Part shown: positions 23,301-36,800 of the stretch, piece after piece
Position numbering within the stretch: position 1 is the first letter of the stretch
Layout of the letters: each line of letters begins with the position of its first letter
Origin: Sminthopsis crassicaudata
Lineage: Eukaryota
Length of the DNA: 64,000 nt
Reading direction: 5' to 3'
Assembly (NCBI RefSeq): GCF_048593235.1
Contig: NC_133618.1
Span: forward strand, 161,599,162-161,663,161
Program-made: the position numbers and the translations under genes
Notes under the pieces: model-generated
What the model was told of the DNA's origin: nothing
What the model saw: only the letters and a program-made list of their open reading frames with translations
Databases searched by the model: none

Positions 23301-26300
23301 TCATTTAAAACACTATAATTTCCCAAATGTAATCCAATTCAGCCGGTTATTTCCCACTATTTTAATTAATTGTCATTCTGTGGTTTCTATATGTGTACTA
23401 TATATAGTATGTGTGACAAAATAGTGTGTGTGTATATATCTACACATATATACATACATATGCATTCTTAATAGACTGACCTTCCAAGTACATGTCATAG
23501 TTTGAACATTTTTCGTTTATTTAGTTATTTCTGTAAATAATGTTAGGTCAATTCTTTTTTTAGTTATTATGGTGTAGTTATCAAATTCTCCTGTTTGATT
23601 GATAAATCATATTAACTACAAGGAAGCATCTGGAAAAACACTAAAGAGAATCCCTTTTTCCTTCATAGGACATCTTCCTTGATAGTTATGAGAGCCTTTG
23701 TCAAGGATTACTTCCATTGATGTTAACAGTAAATCTCATCAAGCTTTCTGTAGACTTGTTTTTAACCTTCTGTTTTATAAGGTAGTACTTCTTTTAGTCT
23801 TACATCTCTGGGTGTTTTGGTGGGTTTTTTTTAATATACAAATGGGGTTGTATTGTAAGTTGGTGTTGCTCTTGACAACCATCTCTACACTTGACAACAA
23901 GATAACACGCTTGCTAACTGTAGAGGTTTTTTAGATCTTTTAGCCTCCTCATTATCCTGATGGTTTTATATCTGTTAAACATTTGCAGGAAACAGTTATA
24001 CTCTTATCATTTTCTGTTCCTCACTTTAGATAAGTCAGGTTAAAATTGTCTTTTTCTCATTGTTATCTTCTGATTTGTTGCTAATTTTGACCTTTACTCA
24101 GTTTGTATCTTTTATAATTCCCACTAGTCACTTCCTGTCTGTAGCCAGTTTAATTTTTTGGGATCACAGAATCACAGAGTGGGATATCTGAACAAGAATC
24201 CTCTCTACAAACATAGTTGAGTTATCCAGTCTTTGATCACTTAAATTTGAATTGTATTTTCCAATTTTCTTTTCCCATCTTTCCTCGTGACTACCTTGAG
24301 TCACAGAGCAGCAAAACATATGGACTGTTTGGGGGGTCCTTTCAAGTTGTTGATAGGATTTGCCTTCTTCTTCCTTTGCAGATACTAAAAAGTGGTTATT
24401 TTCATGATACTGTTGAACTCATTAAGAACTCTGTGATAATAATGATAAACTATCCCTTGAAAAATGATGTTACCTACAGATGCAAGATGAAAGAAGTTAA
24501 ATCTAATTCCTTTGTTTGTATATCCAAGGTGAACCTATGAATATCTTCCATTAAGCCTATAGTTTTTCTTTGTTTTTTGGTTTCATTTATTTCAAGAATG
24601 TCAGTAGTGATATGGTTGATTTATTGGAAATCAATAACAAATCTTTTTGCTAAGTTAATAAATTATTTTAAAATGGTTAATTCTTAGAATTCCATACTCC
24701 CTTTCCTTTCACTCCTTGATTGTTATTTCAGAAGTGGAAGGTTTCATGACATTGAAGGCCTCAAATTCTTTAATTTATTTGTTTGTTTAATTTTCACAGC
24801 CAAGAATTCATCCAGTGGTCAATTCATTTCAATCACCATTTCTATATTTCCTGGAGTAGACAAATGAAAATTAAATAGTCTGCTCTCAAAGAGCTTACTT
24901 CCTCTATACTTACACATAGATAGTAAATATAAGGTAGATTTTTTTAAAATAAGGTAAAGTGGGCAGGGTATACTGGTAAAATACCTAACAACTGGTGCTG
25001 CTAGGAGGTGTCTTGTAGGGAATATCACTTAGGATGATGAAATCTTAAATTTAATTATAAAAGAACTTAGACACGAGTGCCCCCCTCATTTTAAATATGA
25101 GGAAACTGAAGCATAGAGTTAAAATGATTTTTCTCAGCATTTGAATTTGAACTCAGAACTTCTTTGTGTCAATTCCAGCGCTGTGCCCCCTGTACCAAAG
25201 GTATCCAATTCAGAGCCCAAAATAGCCCCACATTTGGCTCACAGAACCAGATTGAAATGTAATTGTGAAATATTTAATAAAATAAACAAAATTACAATAA
25301 AAACAAATAATCTGAATAATGTGGTTTTCTAAGTCAGTATGTGCCCTTGTATGGGCATGTATGTATTAGGGATCCTGATATATGGTTTAGTAGTTCTAGT
25401 TACCTTTTGAATTTGATACCATTTTCTCACCATAACATTGCCTTATTAAGAAAGTAATTGGAAATCTATAGAACAGAATGACTTTATAATTAAGTAGAGA
25501 AGTAAAATTCTAAAAATTTGAAGCTATAATGGGATAGAGAAAGACTTTCCCTCATTCCATTTTCAGTTTTGTTTTTGGAGAAGAGAATTTTGCTACAGTA
25601 CAAATACATATAAAACTTATTTTTTAAATGAATGAACAAACCTTTAATAAGTGCTTATTTTGTGTTAAGGATTTTGCTAAGCATTAGGGATCAAATACAA
25701 AAATGAGCCAGCCCTTGAGGATCTTCCATTTTAATGTGTTAGAGACACTGCTCTAATAAGATTATATACCCAAGCCACAGTATGAAGTTTTATGGTGAAT
25801 AAAAAGGTGAGTAAAACAAGATCTGGGCTTTTAGAACTTAGAGTCTAGTAGAGGTAAATTAGTACCAGATTGTGAAGGGGATTGAATTTTGCTCAGCAGC
25901 TCATAAAGAGCTTTTGCAGGGTTTGGGGCAAAGCAGTGACATGATTAAAACAGAAAAGTTTTTTCTGCCTAAACAGAAAAGATAAATCTAGCAAGGGGAC
26001 CTGGAGTGAGAGGAGAGGGAGTGGAGATGGAAAGATGACAGTGTAGGCTGTTTACTTTGTCTATTGATATCTGACATTTACCTAGTACTTTGAAATTTTC
26101 AAAGAGTTTTATATATCTTCTTTTGCCATAGTCAGCAGGAATAAAGAAGAGATGGATAGGAGAAAGATTTAATTTAAACCATTTTAGTAAGTGCTTATAG
26201 TGTGCAAGTCACTGCTTTGTTAATATCTTTCTTTGAGGGTTCCCACTAAAGACAGAATTTCCATTTGGATGGAATGTGAATTTAACAGTTTTTATAAAGG

Positions 26301-26629
26301 AAATCTTGTAAGCTTGGTTTTAGGTGAATCTATAAGGGTGGATCTCAACTGAACACTGTGAAGTGGTGGGTGGGAAGTAAAACTTCTTTATCCCTGTTCC
26401 CCTTGCTTCTCCATGAATAAAAATTTTCCATGATGATTTTTGTGCAGAATAACAGAATGAAATAAGAACTCCATAAGAAATTCAACTCTTCAACTTTTAT
26501 CAATAATCTTTGAATTATCCACCATTCTTTTACCTACCTCTTAGTTTCATAACTATATATTTCTCAGTTTGAGTTCTGTACAGATCAATGTCTTTCTCTG
26601 CTATCCTTTCCTTTCTCTTCTCTCTCTTC

Positions 26630-26912
26630 NNNNNNNNNNNNNNNNNNNNNNNNNNNNNNNNNNNNNNNNNNNNNNNNNNNNNNNNNNNNNNNNNNNNNNN
26701 NNNNNNNNNNNNNNNNNNNNNNNNNNNNNNNNNNNNNNNNNNNNNNNNNNNNNNNNNNNNNNNNNNNNNNNNNNNNNNNNNNNNNNNNNNNNNNNNNNNN
26801 NNNNNNNNNNNNNNNNNNNNNNNNNNNNNNNNNNNNNNNNNNNNNNNNNNNNNNNNNNNNNNNNNNNNNNNNNNNNNNNNNNNNNNNNNNNNNNNNNNNN
26901 NNNNNNNNNNNN
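26630..26912. other. Assembly gap (283 N) with the same flanks as the first gap
   Basis: Ns in sequence; flanks ctctctcttc / attgatgcct identical to the 19599-19907 gap. Confidence 0.99.
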
Positions 26913-29199
26913 ATTGATGCCTAAATATTATGGAGACTGAACTGGAGGCTAATATATGTGATGAGGGACTAACTTATATAATGATTTAAGATTTGCAGAG
27001 CTCTTAACACTGGAAGGTAGGTGCTATTGTATTGGTATACTTATTTTTGAGGTAATGAAACTGAGGCTGAGAAAGGCAAAATGATTTTGCCCTAGTAAAA
27101 TCTGAGGTGGGATTTGACCGTCCAGTTCACCAAGTCCAGTGCTCTGCCTGCTGTGGTGTTATCAAACTCAAATAGAAACTGAACCACCAAACTATAAATA
27201 AGATCCTTGCTATCACAAATTGACTGAGAAAACAACACTATTTAAATTTTATTGTATTTTTATTTCTTTTGTTAAATGTTTCAATTTCATTTTAAACTGA
27301 TTCCAGAAGCCTTATTTTTTTAAAAAAAGCATTTTATAAATGATAAAGCCCTATATAAATGTAGTTGCTGTCATTTTTAATACTACTACTAATATTATTA
27401 TTAAGTAATAACTGAATTGTCCATGTAGCTTGTTTTAGTCATACCTTGTGCAAGTATAGAATTTACTCTCAAAATCAAGTAAAACTACAAAATGGAAGTG
27501 GCAAATTTTTAATGACCCATAATTGTTGTGCTGCAGACTGGTAATTAGGTACTAGTGGTAAGCATTTCCCATTAATGACTGTAATTTGTTTTATTTTAGA
27601 GTAACCAATAGTTTTTTCCCCCTCTTCTCATTTTGTTAATTCTTCAATATCAATAATCAGTGCCAGTGTCTGGTCCATAATTTTCCCTCATTACTCACAC
27701 ATATATTTATTTCCTGATAACTTGAACTCTTAGAAGTTAAAGATCTGAGATATAGCTTTTATCTGGAATTTTCTATCTTCTTTTCCCCCATTCCCTCTCA
27801 ATCTGATGAAGTCCTTGAATTGCTTATCTAGTTATGGTATTCTGGGTGCCTGAGTATTGAGGATTTAGTGCTTGTTACTGAAAATGTATGGAGAGCATGC
27901 CTGAGGGAGAGACTGAATAACAAAAGAGGAGGAACTTGAATTGGAAGGTGGGGATGGCACTTGTGGAGGCACTGGGTAGTGAGGATCCATAGGAGTATAG
28001 GAATATGGTATGGTTTGTTCTGAAAACAAATTGTTTGAAGTCTAATGAGAACAGTGACAAACAAAACTCCACATCAGTGTGTTTTGCTGTTGACAGTTTA
28101 TTTTTATGTGAATCTATGATTTTGCTGATTTAGACACCAGGGTAGACTTGCAGCTGTTCCGAGCCATAGATGGTCCTAGAGAGCCGTTTGAAGCACTGGA
28201 GTATAACAAGTGCATGGGACATCAACTCAGGACTTTCTGACAGAGGCTTGTTCTCTTTCTTTCCATTGAATGACACTATCTTTCTGAGGATACATCTTTA
28301 TATTTCTGTATCTCTCTACAATCTATATTTATGCTAATGTAAGTTATTAAAGCTTAAAATGTCACTAAGGATTTTGAGGACATTTATTTAATGTTATGGT
28401 TGATGAATTTTTAACTAAGTTATTTCTGTTGATTAATTTCTTGGCTATTTTTTCTGCTTGTTTAATGTTTAGTTTATTTTTGTTCTGAATAAATATCAAG
28501 CTTATTGGTAATCAGAATTTTTAAGTGAATACAATGTTCACTTTTCCCAAGTTTGCCTCCATATAGCCAAATAGAATCTCATTTCTATCAGCACTATGCC
28601 TTTATTCTCTGTTTTGGAAATGTTGTAAAGTTATAAGAAAGCAAGTTGTAATTTCCCCCCTCATTATTTAGATGCCATTGGTGTAAATTAGAAACCATAT
28701 CCTTGACAAGAAAGAATTCCTTGTTGTTAGCACCAAAATTGAAAGCCTAGATATTTAAAATCATGGTTAAAATGGGGTTAACTGACCAAGAGTAAACAGG
28801 ATCCAGCTTTTAACCTGCATTAACTGGACAAATTTTACAGTCTCCAGGTGTCTGAGGTTTATTAGAAACTTAATCTGCCTTTCCTTGGAAAGCTTATTGT
28901 TTTGCTAATTGCTCATTTGTTCTATAATTCCTATTCTTTGGTTCTAAAATTCATGCATACATAGCAATATAGATAACAAGTGTTATTTATAGTCCAGTCC
29001 TACATTTTGGAAATAAAATGAAATATGCAGATAGTCAAATTTTCTAGTACCTGCTGGCCCAACACTGAGTGTAGTAGATGTCCAAAACAAATAATAGTAT
29101 CATAGCAAGTTAGGGACCTTAGCTCCTGACTGAATCCTTCATTTCAAAGTTGAGAAAACTGAGGCCCAAGTATATTATAAGTGAGCTATCCATCTCTAA

Positions 29200-30230
29200 C
29201 TTGTCTATAGAAATAGACAAGTTGAAGTCACCTATTTTTTAGTCCCCCAGGTTCATAACTCTAGCATTACTTTTGACTTCTCATTCTTCTTTATTCACCT
29301 GCATAGTTGCTTTCCAAATCTTGCCATTTCTACCTTTATAACATATCCTCACTTCTCATGCTACCACTAATTAAGTTAGGTACTTCATCACCTCTTGCAT
29401 AAATTGCAGTGGTCCCCAATTAGTCTTCTAGTCAAGTCTCTTCTTATTCCAGTTCATGCTCCTCCAAGTAGCTGAAGTGATTTTTCTTAAAGATATTACC
29501 ATGTCACTCCTCTAGTCAATCAGTTCTAGTTCTTTATTCCCTCCATATTAGCTTTTAAAGGCCTTCATTCACATCCTGCTCCCATAACTTGATCTGATTA
29601 TACATTCTCTTTGTACCTTACAGTCCAAATAAATAAACTGCCTTTACTCTGTTGTTTTCAACACTCACCTGAAGCACCACTATTTTACATGAAACATTTT
29701 GTGATTCTTTGAGTGCTATTACTCTACCCCTCTAAATACTTTGTGGATTTTTTTCCTTCATATTTTCAATATCTTTTAAATCTATAACCATCTATCTATG
29801 TATCTACTTATTTACTCAGAATTCACTTATATATGTATATTGTTGTTCCCATCTAGAATAAAATTTTACATTTAAGGGAAGTACATTTGCTAAATAATAA
29901 CATGGAAAGGATATTCTGTGAGACTTTAGCATTGGCTGAGATAGACAATTCTTCTAGTCTGGAAAGTGTGTTGATTCACAGAGCAGTCGTCTTAGAACCT
30001 CTAGCTATTTGTGAGCAGGGTTTTGTTTTGTTTTTTTTATATATATATTCCTTAGATGATTGTGAAGCTATGTCAGTGGCTCAAGCCTTAATCCTCTGGA
30101 CTAATGAGGTCTTCAGAACAGTTTCATTGTTCTTCCCCTCAGGAGGGACAATTTGATCTTCTGTCTTTGTGTTATCCTCAGTACATAGGCCTGATATATT
30201 TTAAGCACTTAATAAATGCTAGTTGATTGA
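29200..30230 (+). mobile_element. L2 remnant
   Basis: L2-like text ending cctcagtacataggcctg...gcacttaataaatgctagttgattgatt. Confidence 0.65.
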
Positions 30231-32126
30231 TTGTCCATAATGACAGGTTATAACTATCAGAGAGGATTTAAATCCTGAGCCAGTGCCTCTTCCATTGTAC
30301 CATACTGTCAAAGGGAAACAGAAACCGAGGGACACATAAATATGAAAAATCAATAAGTCTGGTTACATGCCCAATTCATTGATCTCTTCTTCTCTATTTT
30401 ATTCTTGTAACTATTTAGAGATATAAAATTTACCCTAAAAACTGTGTTGGTTGTATCCCAAAGGTTTTGGTATGTTGTCTTATTATGGTTATTCTCTTGG
30501 ATAAAATTATTGTTTCTATGATTTGTTGTTTAATCCACTCATTCTTTAGAATGAGGTTTATTTATTTCCAATTGGTTTTTAATCTATCTTTCCCTGCACC
30601 TTTATTGAATGTAATTTTTATTGCATCGTGATCTGAAAAGGAAGCATTTACTATTTCTGCCTTTCTGCATTTGTTTGTGGGGTTTTTATGCCCTAATACA
30701 TGATCAGTTTTTGTAGAGATGTCATGTACTGCTGAGGAACAAGAAACTAGGGAGGTTAATAGAATCTTAGAAAACTTAGATTCTATTAACCTCCCTAGTT
30801 TCTTGTTTACTTTATGGTTAGATTTATCTAATTCTGAGAGGGGGAGCTTGAGGTTCCCCTACTAATATAATTTTGCTTTCTATTTTTTCCTATAATTAGC
30901 TTAATATCTTCTCTAAGAATCTGGATGCTCTTCTTGGTGTAGTACCACTTCATTGTCTATGGTACCTTTTAGTAAGATCTTTCCTTTCTTATTTCTTTTA
31001 ATTAGATCTATTTTTGCTTTTGCTTTATCTGTGATCAGAATTGCTACCCCTGCTTTTTTTTTTTTTTTTCCTTCAACTGAAACATAATAAATTCTGCTCT
31101 TAGCCTTTTACCCTTATTCCATATGTATCTCTCTGTTTCAAATGTGTTTCTTGGAAACATATTGTAGAATTCTGGTTTTGATCCACTCTGCTATCTGGTT
31201 CTGTTTTATGGGAGAGTTCATCCCATTGATATTCACAGTTATGATTACCAATTATGTATTTTCCTCCATCCTATTTTCTCCTTTCTATATACTTTGTTCA
31301 CTTTTTCTACTTTATCACATTCCTACTTGGTAGAGTATTTTGGTCCTTTGCTGCCCTCAGCCTGCTCTCTCTTCTCTTACCCCTTTTTCCTAGTGTTTCT
31401 GCCCTCCCTTTTCTTTCCCCTTTCTCCTCCTCCTTACAGAGCAATATAAATTTCTATACCCAGCTAAGTGAATGTGTTATTCCCTGAAACTGATGAGATT
31501 AAGCTTCAGAGCTTATCCCCCTCCATTCTTTCCCTCTGTTGTAATAGATCTTTTGTCCCATTTTCACCTCCCCTTTCCTCTTCTCCTAGTGGTCCTTTTT
31601 CCACTCTTTAATGCCTTTTTCTTTGATTTTATAACATTAGTTGGTTTATATCCACACCCTCTATGTATACCTCCCCTCCCCCCACAGCTGCCTTAGTAAA
31701 AAAGATGCAGTTCTCAAGAGTTACAAGTTATCATTTTCCCTGTCTGGGGATGTAAACAGTTTAACCTTTAAATATTTTTTTTTTCTTTCCTGTTTACCTA
31801 TCTATACTCTTGAGTCCTGTGTTTTCAGATCAAATTTTCTGCTTAGTTCTAGTCTCTTCTATAGAAATGATCAAAAGTCTCTTACTTCATTGAAGAAACT
31901 CCCCTGAAAGATGCTACTCAATCTTGCTGGGTAGTTGATTCTTGGTCGAAATACCAGGTCCTTTGCTGTCTGGAATATAGTATTCCAGGCCTGCTGATCT
32001 TTTATGTAGAAACTGCCAGATCCTGGGTGAGGAATCCTGACTGTGGCTCCTCAATATTCGAATTGTTGTTTTTTGTTTTGTTTTCCTGGCAGCTTGTAGT
32101 AGTTTTTCCTTGAAATTACAGTTCTG

Positions 32127-33400
32127 CATAGGACAGTTTACCTCTCAAACCTGTGGAGGAGGAAGGAATTTGTGACCAAAGAAGAACTAGAGATCATTAT
32201 TGATCACAAAATAAATAATTTTGATTATATTAAGTTAAAAAGTTTTGTACAAACAAAACTAATGTAGACAAGATTAGAAGGGAAGTAATAAACTGGGAAA
32301 ACATTTTTACATTCAAAGGTTCTAATAAAGGCCTCATTTCCAAATTATAGAGAATTGACTCAAAATTATAAGAAATCAAGCCATTCTCCAATTGATAAAT
32401 GGTCAAAGGATATGAACAGACAATTTTCAGATGAAGAAATTGAAACTATTTCTAGTAATATGAAAAGATGCTCCAAATCACTATTGATTAGAGACATTGC
32501 AAATTAAGACAGCTGTGATATACCAGTACACATCTCTCAGATTGGCTAAGATGACAGGAAAAGATGGACACTGATGCATTGTTGGTGGAATTGTGAATGA
32601 ATCTAGCCATTGTGGAGAGCAATCTGGAATTATGCCCAAAAATTTATCAAACTGTGCATACCCTTTGACCCAGTAGTGTTTCTACTGGGATTATATCTCA
32701 AAGAGATCCTAGAAAAGGGAAACAGACCCACATGGGCAAAAAGGTTTGTGGCAGCCCTCTTTATAGTGGCTAGAAACTGGAAACTGAGTGGATACCCATC
32801 AAGTGGAGAATGGCTGAATAAATTGTGATATATGAATGTTATGGAATGTTATCGTTCTGTAAGAAATGATCAGCAGAATGATTTCAGAGAGGCCTGGAGA
32901 GACTTACATGAACTGATGCTGAATGAAGTGAGCAGAACCAGGAGAACATTATACACAGCAACAACAAGACTATACAATGATCATTTCTGATGGATGTAGC
33001 TCTCATCAACAATGAGATGGTTCAAACCAGTTCCAGTTGTTTAGTGATGAAGAGAACCGCTACACCCTGAGAGAGAACTGTGGGAAATAAGTGTGGACCA
33101 CAACATAGCATTTCCACTCTTTTGGTTATTATTTGCTTGCATTTTTGTTTCCTTCTCAGGTTTTTTCTTTCTTTCTAGATCTGATTTTTCTTGTGCAACA
33201 AGATAACTATATAACTATGTATACATATATTGAATTCAACATATACTTTAATATATTTAACATGTATTGGACTAGCTGCCATATAGGGGAGGGGATGGGA
33301 AGGAGGGAAAAACTTGGAACAGAAGGTTTTGCAAGGGTCAATGTTGAAAAATTACCTATGCACATGTTTTGTAAATAAAAATAAAATAAAAAATAAAGAG
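32127..33400 (+). mobile_element. 5'-truncated younger L1 (~1.27 kb) with A-rich tail and TSD
   Basis: ORF2 C-terminal remnant (WRAIWNYAQK..IKLCIPFDP), dasyurid-type 3' UTR, A-rich tail 33373-33397, TSD attacagttctg at 32115-32126 and 33401-33412. Confidence 0.92.
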
Positions 33401-33822
33401 ATTACAGTTCTGGAGCTTTGCAATAATGTTTTTTTTGGATTTTACTTGTGGTATTTCTTTCTAGAGGTGATGGATTCTTTTAATCATTATTTTGCCCTCT
33501 GGTTCTAGTATATCAGGGCAATTTTCCTTGATGATCTCTTAAAGAATGCTATCCAGGTTCTTTTTTTTGATCATGGCTTTCCGGTAAACCAATAATTTAA
33601 AAATTGCCTCTCCTGGAATCTATTTTCCAGGTCATCTATTTTTCCAGTGAGATATTTTGCATTTTCTTCCTCTCCCTCCTCCCCCATTCTTTTTAGTTTA
33701 TTTGACTGATTTGATGCCCCATAGAGTCATTAGTTTCTAATTTTTAAAGTAGAATTTTCTTTAATTAGCTTTTATATCTCTTTTTCATTGGATTAATTCT
33801 ACTTTTCAAGATGTTGGTTTTC

Positions 33823-33823
<1 letters not shown>

Positions 33824-33884
<61 letters not shown>
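33824..33884. repeat. (TG)30 microsatellite
   Basis: Direct reading. Confidence 0.98.
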
Positions 33885-33886
<2 letters not shown>

Positions 33887-36800
33887 TGCATTTGGCCAAT
33901 TGTATTTTTTCAGGAATTGTCTTTGGTCAGTTTTTGTACTTCCTTTTCCAAAATGTTGACTCTCTTTTGCATACCTCATTTCTTTCCCCAGTTTTTCTTC
34001 TATCTCTCTTATTTGCCTTTTAAGACCAATTCATATCATCCTTTGACATTTCCCATATGGGCATTTTGTCTTCTAAGTTGGTGTTTTGATCTTCCCTGTA
34101 ACCATACATAGTTGCTTTCTATCATTAAGGTTCATTTTCTTTCTTTTTTCCTATTTTGTGACTTTTAAGGTTGAGTTCTGCTCCTGGGGTACAAGAAATA
34201 CTGTCCCAAGCTTCTTATGCTGCTCTGAGCCTTGGCTTTGTGTACATGAGCTCCTTATGTTTGGTGTCTTGCTTACAGCAGTGGGTAGCAATACTCTCTC
34301 TAAGCAGTCTCATTTTCCAGGCTTGCAATTTTCTTTCTGTTCTGGGACTGGAGACTGCCCCACTGGTTGCTGAGCTTATGTGTTTATGGCTTTGCCAGAT
34401 ACCATCTGAGGTAGGCTTGAAAACCTTTTTCACCCTATTGAAAATGACTTTTCTTGAAGTCCTTATAATCTATTCTGAGCACTTCCTGTTTCACTCCGCC
34501 ATTTTGGCTCTGCCCCTGGTACTCCCAAACCAACAGATTTATAGTCATACTTAGACATCCAATAAATTCTACAAATGCAGCCAAATTTATAGAAATAGAG
34601 ATTTGATAGGCAGGTAGGGAGCATAACATATAGAATTCCAAGACTTATCTCCTATAGCTGAAAGAATTTAATCTGAGGTTGAGGTAATTCTGTTAATACA
34701 ATCTCTGAATGAAGCACACAGTGGTTTTTTTAGTGTCCAGTGTTACAATTACCCTACTGTCTTTTTATTTGGTCCTTGCTGCTATGACCACATCTTTTAG
34801 CTACCCCATGACTTGATTCTTTTGTCCTCTCTCTCTCAGAATCCAGCCTTAACAGATGAGCACCAATAGCTCCTGAGCCTACAACTGTCATTCATTCCCC
34901 CAAGTCCATTTCAATCATAACTCCCTACCTATCTACCCAATGTGATATGTACAAGAAACCTTTTAAACCAAATCCACTTGAGTCAGCTGTTTTTGCTCCA
35001 TGACTTGTACTGGCTATTCAAAAGGCTGTGTTTTCTTAGCCAAAGATTTATATTTTTGTACCTTCTAAAACAGTACATTCTTAAAATATCTCCTTTGAAG
35101 TTCTCTGATAACTGTGCCATGTAGTGAAGGCAATCCTGGGTTCTTGAAGACTTTACAGGAAAAGTACATGATGGGATAGGACCTACTAGTTTGGAAGGTT
35201 TTGAGTCTAGAAGCTATGGCTTAAGTTCAGAGGGATTGATTCTCATGCTGACACTTTCCCCCCCCTGTCACAGCAACTCAGGAAGACCAACTAATCAAAA
35301 AGAAGTGATAATGGATTTCATTGATGTTCCAGAGCACCCGTGCTAACACCATCACAGATTCTTGATGTGGTAATAAAATCTGGTGCTTTCTAGTTCTTTT
35401 TAGATTTCATATATCATTTTTATTTTTACAGCAGCCCTATGACAGGATGCAGGTGATATTACACTCATTTCATGGATGATGAAATAACAGTAGAGAGACT
35501 AGGTGGAGAAGCATGATGGCTATCTTAAAACGTTTGAAGTGCCCTTCTGTGGAGAAAGATTAGATTTCTTTCTGAGAAATGTGCAGATGCAGACCCAATT
35601 AACTGACTTTTGATTTGAATAGGAACATTTAGTTTAGGCATAATACAAAGTACATTAAAAAAAAAAAAAAAAGAGTGATGTATAAGACTTTCAAAGGTAG
35701 ATAGGGCCTGTTTGTGAAGATCTACCTAACTGGTGGAGGGGAATCTAAGATTTTGATTTCCTACCATCTGGAGTGGGTGAGCACCTCCCCCCCCCTTTTT
35801 CTGTGTTTTTGTTGTTTATTAGCCATTTTCATTGTATCTTAAGATTGTTGATTTAAAGCTGGGAAGAGTCTTTGAGGCTTTTGATTCTAATACTCTTTTT
35901 TTAGCAGATGAGAAAATAGGAATGTTGAGCAGCTTGTCCAGGGCTACATATGTAAGAAGTATCTGAGACCAGGTTTGTCCTTATTCTGATTCAAAGCTCT
36001 GAATTCTTATCCTCTGTACCTATTTATTAACATTTTTGTGTTCGGTCAACTTGAAATTGGGGAAATCCTTACAGGAGTTTTAAGAAATGATGACTATAGT
36101 AAGATGGACAGACTTTTTTTTCCCCCTTATAATGAATCAATTAAGTAGATGGCATAATTGTTGTTATGCCCTTTTACAAATGAGGAAATTGTGTTATCTA
36201 GATTCTGTAGTTATTTACAATTTAGAGCTGAAAGGGGCTTTCTACATCATCTTGTGCAATTTTATCATTTTACAGGTGAGATAACTTAGGCCTAGAGGAA
36301 TTTTGATTTGTTGAAGGTTGCACACTCTAAGACTCCAAATATAACTCCTTTCCCTTACTCCATTCTGTGTTTCTATTTGCCAATAGTCATAATAATCGAG
36401 AAATATTGAAGCCAGCATTTGAATTTGACTTTTGACTCATAGCCATCTTCTCTCACTACCTGTGCTCTTTTAATTGATTTGTTTTTGTGGGGGCATCTTT
36501 TCAATACATTTTTAAAAAACACCCTCCTAATGTTGAATTAATGTGACCATTACTTTAATAGGAAAATGCTTTTAGGAGTTGGTAAAATTCTAATTGATGA
36601 ATTTATGCTCTTTGTTACCCTTATGTAAATCTTACACACTTGGATAACTTGACTTTAGCAAATGACAGCATCTCAGACTTCTGAGAGCAATATCAATTGG
36701 AGAATTAGGCAGGGCATAAATTAATTACTCACCGTAGTTTTCTCAACAGGAAGTGAATTCGGATGACATTGGCCAAATTTCATTTAGAAGGTTCAAGAAA

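Larger units (their letters stand above)
13285..27325. repeat. Head-to-tail duplication of ~7.03 kb (copy 1 13285-20320, copy 2 20318-27325); real or assembly artefact
   Basis: Identical ORFs at offsets of 7033 then 7031 (14168/21201, 16665/23698, 17788/24819). The junction at 20318-20320 shares AAA with both ends. Confidence 0.97.
30372..34516 (-). mobile_element. Older L1 (5' end, ORF1, start of ORF2), internally deleted and split by a younger L1
   Basis: ORF1 motif NIIAKLQNCNFKEKLLQAAR is restored when the insert is removed; ORF2 EN-region text at 30372-31250; L1-type 5' end gagccaaaatggcggag on the - strand at ~34494-34510. Confidence 0.85.

Noticed and set aside
24217-24540. 107-aa ORF present only in duplicate copy 2
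   Set aside because: Opened by a 1-bp homopolymer difference relative to copy 1; no recognisable protein.
19538-26940. ORFs 19538-19912, 19557-19919, 26569-26940 and 26588-26917
   Set aside because: They consist mostly of N-gap codons.
31914-32828. ORFs 31914-32129(-) and 32610-32828(+)
   Set aside because: L1 ORF1 and ORF2 fragments respectively, not host genes.
33811-34023. Cys/Val-rich ORF
   Set aside because: Translation of the (TG)30 microsatellite.
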